Source of the DNA: Balanoglossus misakiensis
Lineage: Eukaryota; Animalia; Hemichordata
Direction: 5' to 3'
Length of the DNA: 64,000 nt
Assembly: GCA_040954595.2 (NCBI GenBank)
Contig: CM082593.2
Span: 1,126,901 to 1,190,900 of the forward strand
Part shown: piece after piece, positions 51,101 to 62,369 of the stretch
Position numbering within the stretch: position 1 is the first letter of the stretch
Layout: the number at the start of each line of letters is the position of its first letter
Program-made: the position numbers and the translations under genes
Notes under the pieces: generated by a model
Database searches by the model: none
The model's input: the letters and a program-made list of their open reading frames with translations, nothing else
What the model was told of the DNA's origin: nothing

Positions 51101-52811
51101 TCGCGAAATTTCAAAATTTGGTGGTTTTTGGATAAAAACCATGGGTTATAGCTCATGAAAATCATCCAGAAATGTCAATTTTTCGACTTCGCGAAATTTC
51201 AAAATTTGGTGGTTTTTGGATAAAAACCATGGGTTATAGCTCATGAAAATCATCCAGAAATGTCAATTTTTCGACTTCGCGAAATTTCAAAATTTGGTGG
51301 TTTTTGGATAAAAACCATGGGTTATAGCTCATGAAAATCATCCAGAAATGTCAATTTTTCGACTTCGCGAAATTTCAAAATTTGGTGGTTTTTGGATAAA
51401 AACCATGGGTTATAGCTCAGGAAAATCATCCAGAAATGTCAATTTTTCGACTTCGCGAAATTTCAAAATTTGGTGGTTTTTGGATAAAAACCATGGGTTA
51501 TAGCTCAGGAAAATCATCCAGAAAAGTCAATTTTTCGACTTCGCGAAATTTCAAAATTTGGTGGTTTTTGGATAAAAACCATGGGTTATAGCTCATGAAA
51601 ATCATCCAGAAATGTCAATTTTTCGACTTCGCGAAATTTCAAAATTTGGTGGTTTTTGGATAAAAACCATGGGTTATAGCTCATGAAAATCATCCAGAAA
51701 TGTCAATTTTTCGACTTCGCGAAATTTCAAAATTTGGTGGTTTTTGGATAAAAACCATGGGTTATAGCACATGAAAATCATCCAGAAATGTCAATTTTTC
51801 GACTTCGCGAAATTTCAAAATTTGGTGGTTTTTGGATAAAAACCATGGGTTATAGCACATGAAAATCATCCAGAAATGTCAATTTTTCGACTTCGCGAAA
51901 TTTCAAAATTTGGTGGTTTTTGGATAAAAACCATGGGTTATAGCTCATGAAAATCATCCAGAAAAGTCAATTTTTCGACTTCGCGAAATTTCAAAATTTG
52001 GTGGTTTTTGGATAAAAACCATGGGTTATAGCTCATGAAAATCATCCAGAAAAGTCAATTTTTCGACTTCGCGAAATTTCAAAATTTGGTGGTTTTTGGA
52101 TAAAAACCATGGGTTATAGCTCATGAAAATCATCCAGAAAAGTCAATTTTTCGACTTCGCGAAATTTCAAAATTTGGTGGTTTTTGGATAAAAACCATGG
52201 GTTATAGCACATGAAAATCATCCAGAAATGTCAATTTTTCGACTTCGCCAAATTTCAAAATTTGGTGGTTTTTGGATAAAAAACCATGGGTTATAGCTCA
52301 CGAAAATCATCCAAAAATGTCAATTTCTCGACTTCGCGAAATTTCATAATTTGGTGGTTTTTGGATAAAAACCATGGGTTATAGCTCACGAAAATCATCC
52401 AGAAATGTCAATTTTTCGACTTCGCGAAATTTCAAAATTTGGTGGTTTTTGGATAAAAACCATGGGTTATAGCTCATGAAAATCATTCAGAAATGTCAAT
52501 TTTTCGACTTCGCGAAATTTCAAAATTTGGTGGTTTTTGGATAAAAACCATGGGTTATAGCACATGAAAATCATCCAGAAATGTCAATTTTTCGACTTCG
52601 CGAAATTTCAAAATTTGGTGGTTTTTGGATAAAAACCATGGGTTATAGCTCATGAAAATCATCCAGAAATGTCAATTTTTCGACTTCGCGAAATTTCAAA
52701 ATTTGGTGGTTTTTGGATAAAAACCATGGGTTATAGCTCATGAAAATCATCCAGAAAAGTCAATTTTTCGACTTCGCGAAATTTCAAAATTTGGTGGTTT
52801 TTGGATAAAAA
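33186..52811. repeat. Satellite subfamily B block (88-bp monomer, ~223 copies)
   Basis: Consensus CCATGGGTTATAGCTCATGAAAATCATCCAGAAATGTCAATTTTTCGACTTCGCGAAATTTCAAAATTTGGTGGTTTTTGGATAAAAA. The phase recurs every 440 bp (33801, 34241, 34681), which is 5 x 88. Confidence 0.97.
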
Positions 52812-52959
52812 CCATGGGTTATAGCTCATGAAAATCATCAAAAAATGACAATTTTTCGACTTTGCGAATTTTCAAAATTTCTTTAAATTTTGATAAAAAC
52901 CATGGGTTATAGCTCATGAAAATCTTCAAAAAACGACGATTTTTCGAGTTTGCGAATTT

Positions 52960-53032
52960 TACATACATACATACATACATACATACACACATACATACAT
53001 ACATACATACATACATACATACATACATACAT

Positions 53033-53119
<87 letters not shown>

Positions 53120-53138
53120 TACATACATACATACATAC
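52960..53138. repeat. Compound (TACA)n-(CA)n-(TACA)n microsatellite abutting the satellite
   Basis: Seen directly; it starts right after the last degenerate monomer. Confidence 0.98.
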
Positions 53139-53176
53139 GGAAGCAAGACGACAACAGCTACCATAAAAATAAGTTA

Positions 53177-53182
53177 TTTATT
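53177..53182 (-). terminator. Candidate AATAAA polyadenylation signal of the caspase gene
   Basis: tttatt on + (AATAAA on -), ~280 nt downstream of the caspase stop codon. Confidence 0.45.
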
Positions 53183-53458
53183 TACATAAACTTTTCACAG
53201 CAAAGTCAATTCTTACAATTGATATACATTAAAACTTCGTTTAACAAAATGCTATTGTCTGTACATATGTAAATGCAAGTTGTTTTAGCAATTGACATTT
53301 CTCAAGAAAGGGCTAGTAGGCATGACAATAAGAACAATGACGCCAAAATCACTAAGTAAACGAATAATGGTGATGTATTTGAAAGTTCAAGTAAATATAA
53401 AAAGTATTGCGCGCATCAGAACGTCTTTAAAAGCCAAGGGCAATAGTGTCTTTTTCTC

Positions 53459-56400
53459 CTAACTCCTCGACTGAATTGAAGTTGGCGGGGAAGGTGCCAT
53501 CCTGTTGACTGCTTTCTTGGGCGCGAAATACAAATCTTTGGTCAACATGGAGACAATACATGGGATTTGCTTCTTCTTGTTCATGTGAGCCAGTTCCTTG
53601 GAAGTGCCCGTGTTGGATTCGAATTCGTAGGCGACGATTTTACTAACACGTGTCATCATCCGAAGCAGGTCCATGTTTCCCGAGCAGTGTTTCAAGACGT
53701 GACAAAGCGCCTGCACAAACCAAGAACCATTTGTTGGGTTTCGCCACGAATAATAACCTATAAGACATTAAAGTAATTATAATTAGAGTAATTATAATTA
53801 GAGAGAGGTCGATCGACAAGTGTATGTTACTGGCAGAGCCTTGTACACAAAGATATATTATGTTGTTTTAGACTATTTACAACTACCATCGCTAGAAGCT
53901 TTTATGTCTTAGGCATACCTTCACGATTACTGAATCCGAAACCTGTATATGGCAATATAGTGAAAACAAAATATGTCATTTCAGAAACTTGAATAATAGA
54001 TATTTCTAAAATACGTAGTGGTTATGTGGAATGACAACAGACATAATATACAAGAACAGAGACTTACCATTCACCGTTGCGTAGCAAATCAGGAAATCAG
54101 CTTCGACAGGTAACTGTTGGGGGCGTCCTGCATCAACCTCGTCGTCACAATCAACTGTTATGCCGTCATCAAACATGTGACCTCGACACGCCTATGGAGC
54201 AAAGTTCGAGAGAAAACGCACGTAGGTTAGAAAACGTTTAATGAAAACTACAAAGGCGAGAATCTTACTTATTCCGACATGGCAACCGCTTTTATTTCAG
54301 TCTCCATGCCTTCCATCTGATTGGCAACGCGAGTGAGTTAAAAGTTACTTGCTTTGTGATCATAGAGAAAGAGTTATCGGAGACGATGTCTAAAGTCTGT
54401 ATTCTAAATGTTACGAGACAATGACCTAAAGTTGTCTTGATCAATGATAAGAAAAACATGCTAACTGATATACTTTTTCTGTCTTCACACTTCATTTTAT
54501 TGTCTATTTTTCATAAAGCAATATCCCCCTTCCGTTGAAGCGCCAAACAGACGCACTTCCGCCCACAACTGCGTTAAACACTTCTAGGAAAACTTGCACG
54601 ATAATGTTGTTTCCTGTTTAAATTTAAAATCTGTCTTTTTTCCGTAACACATTTTTGTCCTTGCTATGTTCCTTTTTCAGTCGACAGGGATGATGTTATC
54701 TGCCCCGTTAGCTATGGTAATATCAAAGTCTACCAATATCCCGCTCCCGTGGCAAGCAAATCGCGCATAGTCTCTTTAAAGTTTTGAAACCGCCTAATTT
54801 TTCACATTTAGGGCGCCTCCAATCTTCTCTACTTTCAGGTTGACGACATGGTTGTCATATTGTTAGTTCGGTGTTCATAATTATTTTTACCAATGAACAA
54901 GTCAGGTGATTAGCGTGTGACCAACTCCACTTATTTGCACACCGATATAGCGTGCCAAAAACCTATCAATTGTAATCACCATGGCTTGTCTACATCTATA
55001 GCTAAATTTAGACACCGTCCTAGGGGCCAGAATATGCTGCAAAGTCAACTCTATATTTAAAAGTTGTGTAATGACGTTTTGTCAACTGCGCCATTTATCT
55101 AATCGAGATGTCTTTTTTAATAATGAAACCAACATCCGAACTGCATTAAAAAAGGCCAATCCTGAACTCAATATTGTCAATCTAAAAATTCTACTAACAG
55201 GTAGCAAAAAGTGACGAAAGTATCGCGTTTTCCGATTTAAAATATTATTTACTTCGCGAGACAGTTTTACAGTGAGTGACACGCGTTTGTTTTGTCGTTT
55301 TTGGTTTAAAAACAAACTCAATAATATAGCATCAAAAGCATACCTGGATGAAGAAAAGTTTAGGTTTTCCGGCCAACGTTGGACACACGTCACCGCGAAA
55401 GTATCCGGTCATCTGGTCAATCATGATCGGACCATCTCTTCCATAAACTTTGTCTTCATCCCCGTGGGTCAAAATGGCCACCACCAGGCTGTCGCAGTTG
55501 CTATGGTCTTCCTTAGAAACTATAGAAAATCGGTGATAATACAAAAGTTAGGACAAGTTTTTATGCGAACAACAACGTGGACATTTCTACACGATCTCTG
55601 TGAAAACAACAACATCGATCAATATTGGCCACTAAAGGTAGGCTTACAAGTTAGGGAGTTATTTCCATAAACAGTACGTTTTGTGAACTAACATAGCTAG
55701 GCTAATTCAGTTTTATGCATTTAAAGTACATGTTGCTCTCTCGATATCGAAACGACAGCGGGTTATTCATGTCACATACAAGAAGCCCATTTAAACCATT
55801 CAAACACCGTTCAGGCCCGGAGGGTTTCCTACCTTTTTCTAGAAGATCAACAATTTCAAAGACGCTCAAGTCATCGTATCTGTATGCTTCAAATCCCAGG
55901 CTGCCGAAAGTCTTCAAGAGATTATCAGCGTCGACGTCTGTGCCATCTCTCGTTTCCATCCCCGTCCTCTCGTCGAAATTCTTCTCGTTGATGATGATTG
56001 CTCGGCCCCTTCTTTCGTGTGACATGTTGTACTCGAAAGCTGCCTCGGCGTTCACGTATCGTTTTCGAACCTGGTGTTCACCCGGCTTGGTTTTGTTCTT
56101 GGGATTTCTGAAAAAAGGATACAATATTCAACGTTAAACTATAGTTCATGCATGTATTACCTTCTTCAAATCTATATTCTGTATACCACGTTATTAAGAC
56201 TCGCCTTACCGACTTTTAATGATTTTTCCCCTGGTGAACAATTCAACATAAATGCGCAAAAATACAATTCGGCAAGTACATAAATAGCTCGAACTTTTAC
56301 AATTACAACAAACCTTGGTTACCTAAAAATGGCGTCTGTTTCTGTGTTTCTTGTTACTATGTGTCGGGCGTTGGGGAAAATTTGACGTGTCCTTGTAGGC

Positions 56401-56895
56401 CCGGCGTCTGTGACGCTGTCGACATTCTGCGGTTCCTCGTCGTCGCTAAGAGTCGTGTCGCCATGTTTAGCTGGGATGTCTCCGTCGGTAACGAAACCAC
56501 CGTCTTGTTTGTCGATGAGATCTTGTAAGGTTGGTTCCAGCAGGAATCCTTCAAAAGATTCGGTGAGACCTGTTAGAGAGAGATAAACGGAGTATTAATA
56601 CTCAATCACCGGTATGCGTCACACAGCAAAAGACCTGTAAATAATAGCGGTCACTCTGCAAACACATGTTATTTATACATTCACACTGACGCTGGCGGCT
56701 GAAGTTCTTCGCGGATCTCAATCAAAATCATGGACATTCCCGTATTAAAACTATGGACTCTGCGATAATATAGTTAGGTATCATCGACGCGTATCTTTTT
56801 TTTAACCAGCCCGTGTCAGTACCACATAAGTATAGGCCTGTATATAAAGAAATTATATTTCACATGTTTGTGAACATACCTTCTACTTCAGTCAT
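53459..56895 (-). CDS. Effector caspase (caspase-3/7-like), ~378 aa, 6 coding exons
   Basis: Exons (minus) 56895-56880 (MTEVEG, least certain), 56569-56323, 56107-55833, 55519-55344, 54191-54068, 53757-53459, phases consistent. Motifs: YNMSHERRGRAIIINEKNF...RDGTDVDA, catalytic ILTHG and LAGKPKLFFIQ|ACRG, EADFL, GYYSWR...GSWFVQAL, KKQIPCIVSMLTKDLYF. Confidence 0.93.
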
Positions 56896-57037
56896 TCCTT
56901 TAATATCTTGTGGTTGAAAAGTGCGGCTACTCAACTAAGTGTACACTAGGTTGGCTGTATTCTGTACTAAGATAAATTGGGACTTTAACACACTTATATA
57001 TGCACGGATTACAGTTCCGTGAGATGATCTAAACGAC

Positions 57038-57047
57038 GTCATGTGAC
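57038..57047. promoter_or_regulatory. GTCATGTGAC M-box/CLEAR-like E-box upstream of the caspase first coding exon
   Basis: Lies within aaacgacGTCATGTGACgttt, ~140 bp upstream of the ATG at 56895. Motif match only. Confidence 0.3.
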
Positions 57048-59398
57048 GTTTATGTGGGCGTGTTGGCGATCCCTGGAACGACAAAGTACTTATCGGGACC
57101 ACTGTACCTGGCCATGCAGGTGGGTTTTACCCGCTGCGCATTAAGGTGTGAGGTCTGTATGACATGCGCAGTATGAACTTTAGCCTAATATGGACAGAGG
57201 GACAGGTCGGACTTCCTGGTTATCAAGAACGAACTACGCCTGAATTACTACGATATGCGGGCGGGGGCGAAGGAACACAATAGGCATTTTGTCCAAGAGG
57301 ACACTCACCTGTAGAAATCGTGCAGCTTGTAGTATTGGTTGAGTTAGGTATACGCGACTAAGAGTTTAGACCAACTTGCTTGTATGAGTGAATAATTAAT
57401 TATAAATAAATCGGAAATTTACCTAAGTTAAGCTTGATTTCGTTGTCTGTGTTATGCAACAATTTCTTTTGTTGTTCTGTTTAGAGGGATTGTAATCTGT
57501 GGTGCGCCCACGTCAATGCCACGTGTGGTCTCGTCAACAAAAGACTGCTGTAGACCATGACGTATGTGTCAATCAATTAATTCAGCTTTCAAACTACCGA
57601 CTGTACTTTCCCTCTCAATTTATTTGTTCTCTCGCCGTATTCAGAGTTGCGTTTTTCCACCCATGCACTCAAGGTCCCGTGACACTTAGGTCGCTAGAAA
57701 ACCCACTTTCATTTTACTGAGCAATTAGGTCAGAGTCAACATTTGACGCCCAGCTACAAAAATAGCCCTAAACTTGCTTAACTCCGAAGTGACACAAATA
57801 TACTATACATGTAGGCCTACCTGAGTATGCCGGGCCACATCGGAAATTATTTCGACATATTTATATTCCTGCCTTGCGTCTGATATCATCAACGAAATAG
57901 TTAAATTAGTATATCGAATCTTGTGCAACTTCGCATTAGATCGCGTTTAAAAATATGCACTTTAATTATTAAAGACCACCGCCTTTGCGATCATGACATC
58001 AAATTTCCCTCTGTAATACCGCACAAAATACTAGCTCGATCGGGTGCGCGTTATATTGAGATTCTGACGAAAATGGTTTTGTGAATATATAGGCCTAAGG
58101 CTTCTTTTTAGAATCAGTTTCGAATGAAGTGTAAATTGTCATGTTTTTGGCATATTCACATTTTTGCATTTTACAACTTATTCATAATCAAAGTGACTAC
58201 TAAAACGTTCGTATATCGCCTTTTCTGTCGTCGATTCTGTATAAGTTTAATATCAGTAAGAGACAAAGTAAACATTGATGGAGTTTCATTATGTTGTTTG
58301 ACAGGTTCTATTTTTGCAAAATGACTGCGCAAATCCTTGTGTGTGGATAGTGCACGTGACGGCATGGCTTCCACGGAAAACATTTGCACCGTTTGAATGC
58401 AAACAATAGTGCTTGCCATTGGCGAGGTCAGTTCAAAATGCAAATAATCAAGTGACAATTGGAGGGATAACAGTGCACAGAATTCTTCACATAGCGTCGC
58501 GTCGAAGCTCGGGGTCTGGTTACGTCATTTTTGGAAAAACGAAACTTGGTCTCTCATCATGCAGGTGCGAGATTGTGAAGGTCATGCTCACATGAATGTC
58601 ATTGGGGGTTTTCCAACACAGATGGGAAATTGCAACGTGACATCCATGGTCAGTCAGTGAAAATAACTTTGACAAATAATTTCAAATGAATCCATTATAT
58701 CAGTGATTTCATACCGATTGAGGTCGTCGTCATAAGTATTTGCGCTCAGGGTATTGCAAAATAATCAATTACTGATGTCTGGTGGATTTTGATGAATTAT
58801 ATACATCTACAAAAAGATTCGTTTATGCTTTTGAGAATTGTGGGAAGAACAAAGAAATAGAGTACAGCATCCGGTTTTCAGTTAATTTTAATATATATGG
58901 TTCCTTTTTGTTTGGTTTATACAGGAAATACTTCAAAAAGTTTATCATTCACATATATCATAATTTATTACAAGTTTTAAGGCAAGGAAATGTTTGGCAA
59001 AGGATCCATGGGTATTTATCTAAGATTTAAAATTAAACTTTGTCATGTAAGGTTTATTTAGTTTCAGTGGAGCTTTGAGGTTTGTGTGTGCGACGTGTGC
59101 AAGCCACCTGTTAGAGACGTCAACAATGAATAATGTCATGTATTGTTACGTACACATAAACATCTTGAAATGGATTAGCGATTGGCGTGGTTTATTGAAT
59201 CTGGTCTCAACTGGTGTGTAAAGTAAAAAAAAAATACGAGACTGAGTTGAACCTCTCAAAATGTCTCCAATCATAACATTACCGCAACAGCAAGTAGTCT
59301 CTGCTTTAGAATACTGGCGTCATAAAATACATTGTAGGAAAAAGAAATAATATAAAAAGAAGAGAAATAAGGAAATAAATTTAATGATTCTTTACACA

Positions 59399-62369
59399 TT
59401 ACTCATTTTCCTCTACGTCTTTTTCTTCAATGACTAATGCAACGTCTTGAGTCAGACCAACGTCTTCTAGTGTCTTTTCAGCATCGTCTGTCAAGCACTG
59501 TCTTGGATATGTGGAACAGATACAGTAGACTTTGGGATGGAAACCTAGAGTGATCATGTAATCTATCAAAATCTGAAAAAAAATAGAGAATCAAAATGTT
59601 GGTTAGCAATAAGTAATTTTTAAAAATGTAACCCATACATACATTATACATACATACATACATACATAATTTGTATATACATGATTACATGTACAATTAC
59701 TTACTTGTATATTTTGCTTGTACAGAAACCGTCTCCGATGAACCCTTCCTAGAGGTGACTTTAAGGCTATCGTTATAGTCTGAAATTACAAAAAAACATA
59801 CAAAACTGAAGTGAAATGTAGATTAATAGCACGTTCTTTGATGACACGTTTCATATTTTCATTTATACATTAATTACATTGGCTGTAATCATTGTATTTT
59901 TCGCATTATCGATATTTTCACTTGCACAAAATGCCGTCTAACTATTAAACAAAAGATTAAGGTAAATGCACGACAGAGGGCGCAATCACTCAACATTTAC
60001 TGCACTCTGATTGGCTTACCTGTGGGGATCCTTCTTCAGGTTCTTCCGGTAATTCTATTCTCTGAAAATGATAAAAAGTAAGAACAGAAGTATATTTGTA
60101 CACTGAATATTGAAACAAATAAACCATCACCGTACAAAGATGACAGTTCTATCACCATGACAACAAATTCAGAGAATTACACAAGGAATAAACCTCATAC
60201 CTTTCTTTCCTTCTTTTTTGTCTCCAATTTTGCTGCGACTGAAACAGACGGTGATTCAGGAAGCACTCTTGCTGCAGCTGCTTCCTTACTTGACCCCTTT
60301 TTGACCTTGACCTCTTCCCCACTTGTCTACAGAAAAACATATAATAAACCCCTGTAAGAGATGCTTGAACAAAATGCTTTGCCCGTTCACTGATGTAAAA
60401 TAAACTCACTAACAGATGACAAACAGAAGTATGAGAACATTTACATACTCCTAATTTATGTCCTTCTCCTTTCCACGCTGGTCCAAGAAATCTGTAAAAC
60501 TGCTCTTCTTTTTCCTTTTCTTTTGCAAGCTTTCTTGGTTGTAAAATCCTTTCATCATAATCTGCTGCCTAGAGAAAAATAAAACACAAATTTGCTTACT
60601 TGCACAGTCATTTTTCAAACACAAAGGCCTTACACCAAAACATGTTTACATATAAGTATGAGAACATATATAAGTTGTGGTCATAAGCTGAACACTGGGC
60701 ATGTCAACAAGTAGTGAGTACACAGAATAATACTGAAATATTATCATAAGTTATATCTACTCCTTTAACCCTCTCACCCCCATTTCCCTGTATAGAGGTC
60801 CAACTTTACCATAGAAAACAACAGGTTTGGGTGAAACCATGGTGGTGAAAGGGTTAAGACAAAATTCTGGTAGATATTCTCACCTTTTTGGAATGCTCTT
60901 CTTGCAATTTCTTCCTAGCTTCCTGTCTGTGTCTGTCCAGTTCAAGTGTGTCATAATCTTCTGTTTACAAAACAAACATGATAAACACAATAATAAACAC
61001 AAACAATATCGTGTATAATCAAGTGACAATTTACAACAAGATGAGTTTCATCTTTCTGTTTTGCACTGTGCCTCATCATCCAACCAACCAACCAACCAAC
61101 CAACCAACCAACCAAACATGTATGATCATTAAATCCCATGGGATGGCAAATTTAACCCATTGACCTTTTGAGGCTGCATATAGCATGTAGGTCAGGCTGC
61201 TAAATATATTATACAGTATAAATTAATGAAGGACAAAATTTGTTTTCATCGTATTCAGTATCAAATTCCAAATCTGAAAACAAATATTGCAGACAGCAGA
61301 GTAAAATACATTCATTTATTTTTGGACATTTAGAAGGTTATCAAGTGGCAAGGCACCTATTTTAGTATTTTTACTGATTTTAACCAGACAAGGACATGCA
61401 TGCTTGTACACATTGCAGACATTTTAGTGTAGGCTTTCTGCATTCTTATGCACATTCACAGCTGTGTGTGGGTCTGTTCTAGAATAATGCATTCTCTGAT
61501 GGAAATGAGGCTCCAAATTTGCAAAATTAAGTCACAGATGTTCACAGATCACAATCATGACATTTTTGCCAGAGTTCGGTAGAAGCCGATAATTGCATTT
61601 GTCAATAGCTCTGAGGAGAACATGGATTCATATATCTTATCCTCCAAATAAATATGCCAGAATTAATTCACGTATACACAAGTGATATACTTACTTTTCT
61701 TTTCTTTTTCTTTCTCTTTCCTGAATCTGCTGAAGAAATTTCCTATGTAGTTTGCTGTGAGATGGACAACGAATGTCGTCACACCCAAGCACAATAATGC
61801 CATAACCAGAATGTGGAGCAAACCATCGCTTTCTGCAAGAGTGAAGACAACATGAGTGAAATTATTACTTTGCTTTACTTTAATCATCATCTAAAAATCA
61901 AAATGGCTGACCTCTTTTGAGGCAAATTATTGGTTTGGCGCAGTGTGACGCCGTGATATTTGATTCTGGAAACAGGACGTGAAATCATACATAACCAAAT
62001 GTCAATTGTTTGCCCATGGGTCAGAATTAAATGCTAAGCCTAATACAAGTTTTGACACTCGTTTGAACTAGACACATGTATGCTCCTATATATCAAAACG
62101 GCGTTTGGTCATCGACAATGACTTAACCTTGACTGTTTGAAATTACAGTAGTATAACCACAGTCCCTGTGTGGAGAGACTGTGTAGTAACATAGTGAAGC
62201 TGTACTGGTGGTCAACAACATAACAATAATCATCTGTTGAATCCTCTCACATCATGTATTTTTGAGATTTTAACTCTCAAGATATCATACCTATTTGGAA
62301 GAACACTACAGAACCTATGACAGCTGAAAATGCAATGAAGATCACCCAGTCAGCTCCAATATCTGCCAT
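59399..62369 (-). CDS. UBXN8: UBX domain-containing protein 8 (Rep8), ER-membrane p97/VCP adaptor, ~276 aa, 8 exons
   Basis: Exons (minus) 62369-62291, 61832-61695, 60960-60884, 60568-60449, 60326-60201, 60061-60020, 59779-59705, 59572-59399 (831 nt). Two N-terminal hydrophobic segments, a charged coil, FYRFLGPAWKGEGHKLG and LPEEP precede the UBX domain TIALKSPLGRVHRRRF...DYMITLGFH...STYPRQCL...KTLEDVGL...ALVIEEK, matching vertebrate UBXN8. The ORF track largely missed this gene. Confidence 0.9.
59635..59668. repeat. (CATA)n microsatellite in the last UBXN8 intron
   Basis: Seen directly; imperfect. Confidence 0.8.
60765..60857 (+). mobile_element. ~90-bp TTAA-flanked MITE (piggyBac-like) in a UBXN8 intron
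   Basis: TTAA-CCCTCTCACC...GGTGAAAGGG-TTAA, with intact TTAA on both sides. The interior matches the copy at 2714. Confidence 0.8.
61079..61114. repeat. (CCAA)n microsatellite in a UBXN8 intron
   Basis: About 9 copies seen directly. Confidence 0.9.

Larger units (their letters stand above)
10468..52960. repeat. Satellite DNA array, ~42.5 kb, ~485 head-to-tail monomers of 87-88 bp
   Basis: Uninterrupted tandem repeat sharing CCATGGGTTATAGCTC...GAAAATCATC...AATTTTTCGACTT...AAAATTTGG. Units are degenerate at both edges. Copy number is estimated from length divided by period. Confidence 0.99.

Noticed and set aside
10468-52960. CRISPR-like array
   Set aside because: Monomers are head-to-tail with no unique spacers, no cas genes are present, and the context is eukaryotic with introns.
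52819-53272. ORFs rich in YVCM/THTH
   Set aside because: These are translations of the (TACA)n/(CA)n microsatellite.
58605-58614. NF-kB-like site GGGGTTTTCC upstream of the caspase
   Set aside because: A single 10-bp degenerate match ~1.7 kb from the ATG could easily arise by chance.
59478-60409. ORF-track proteins at 59478-59663 and 60152-60409
   Set aside because: Wrong frames. The correct spliced frames encode UBXN8.
819-62369. CAMLG and UBXN8 as a functional ER-proteostasis cluster
   Set aside because: Both are ER-membrane factors, but they are separated by unrelated genes and nothing here indicates co-regulation.
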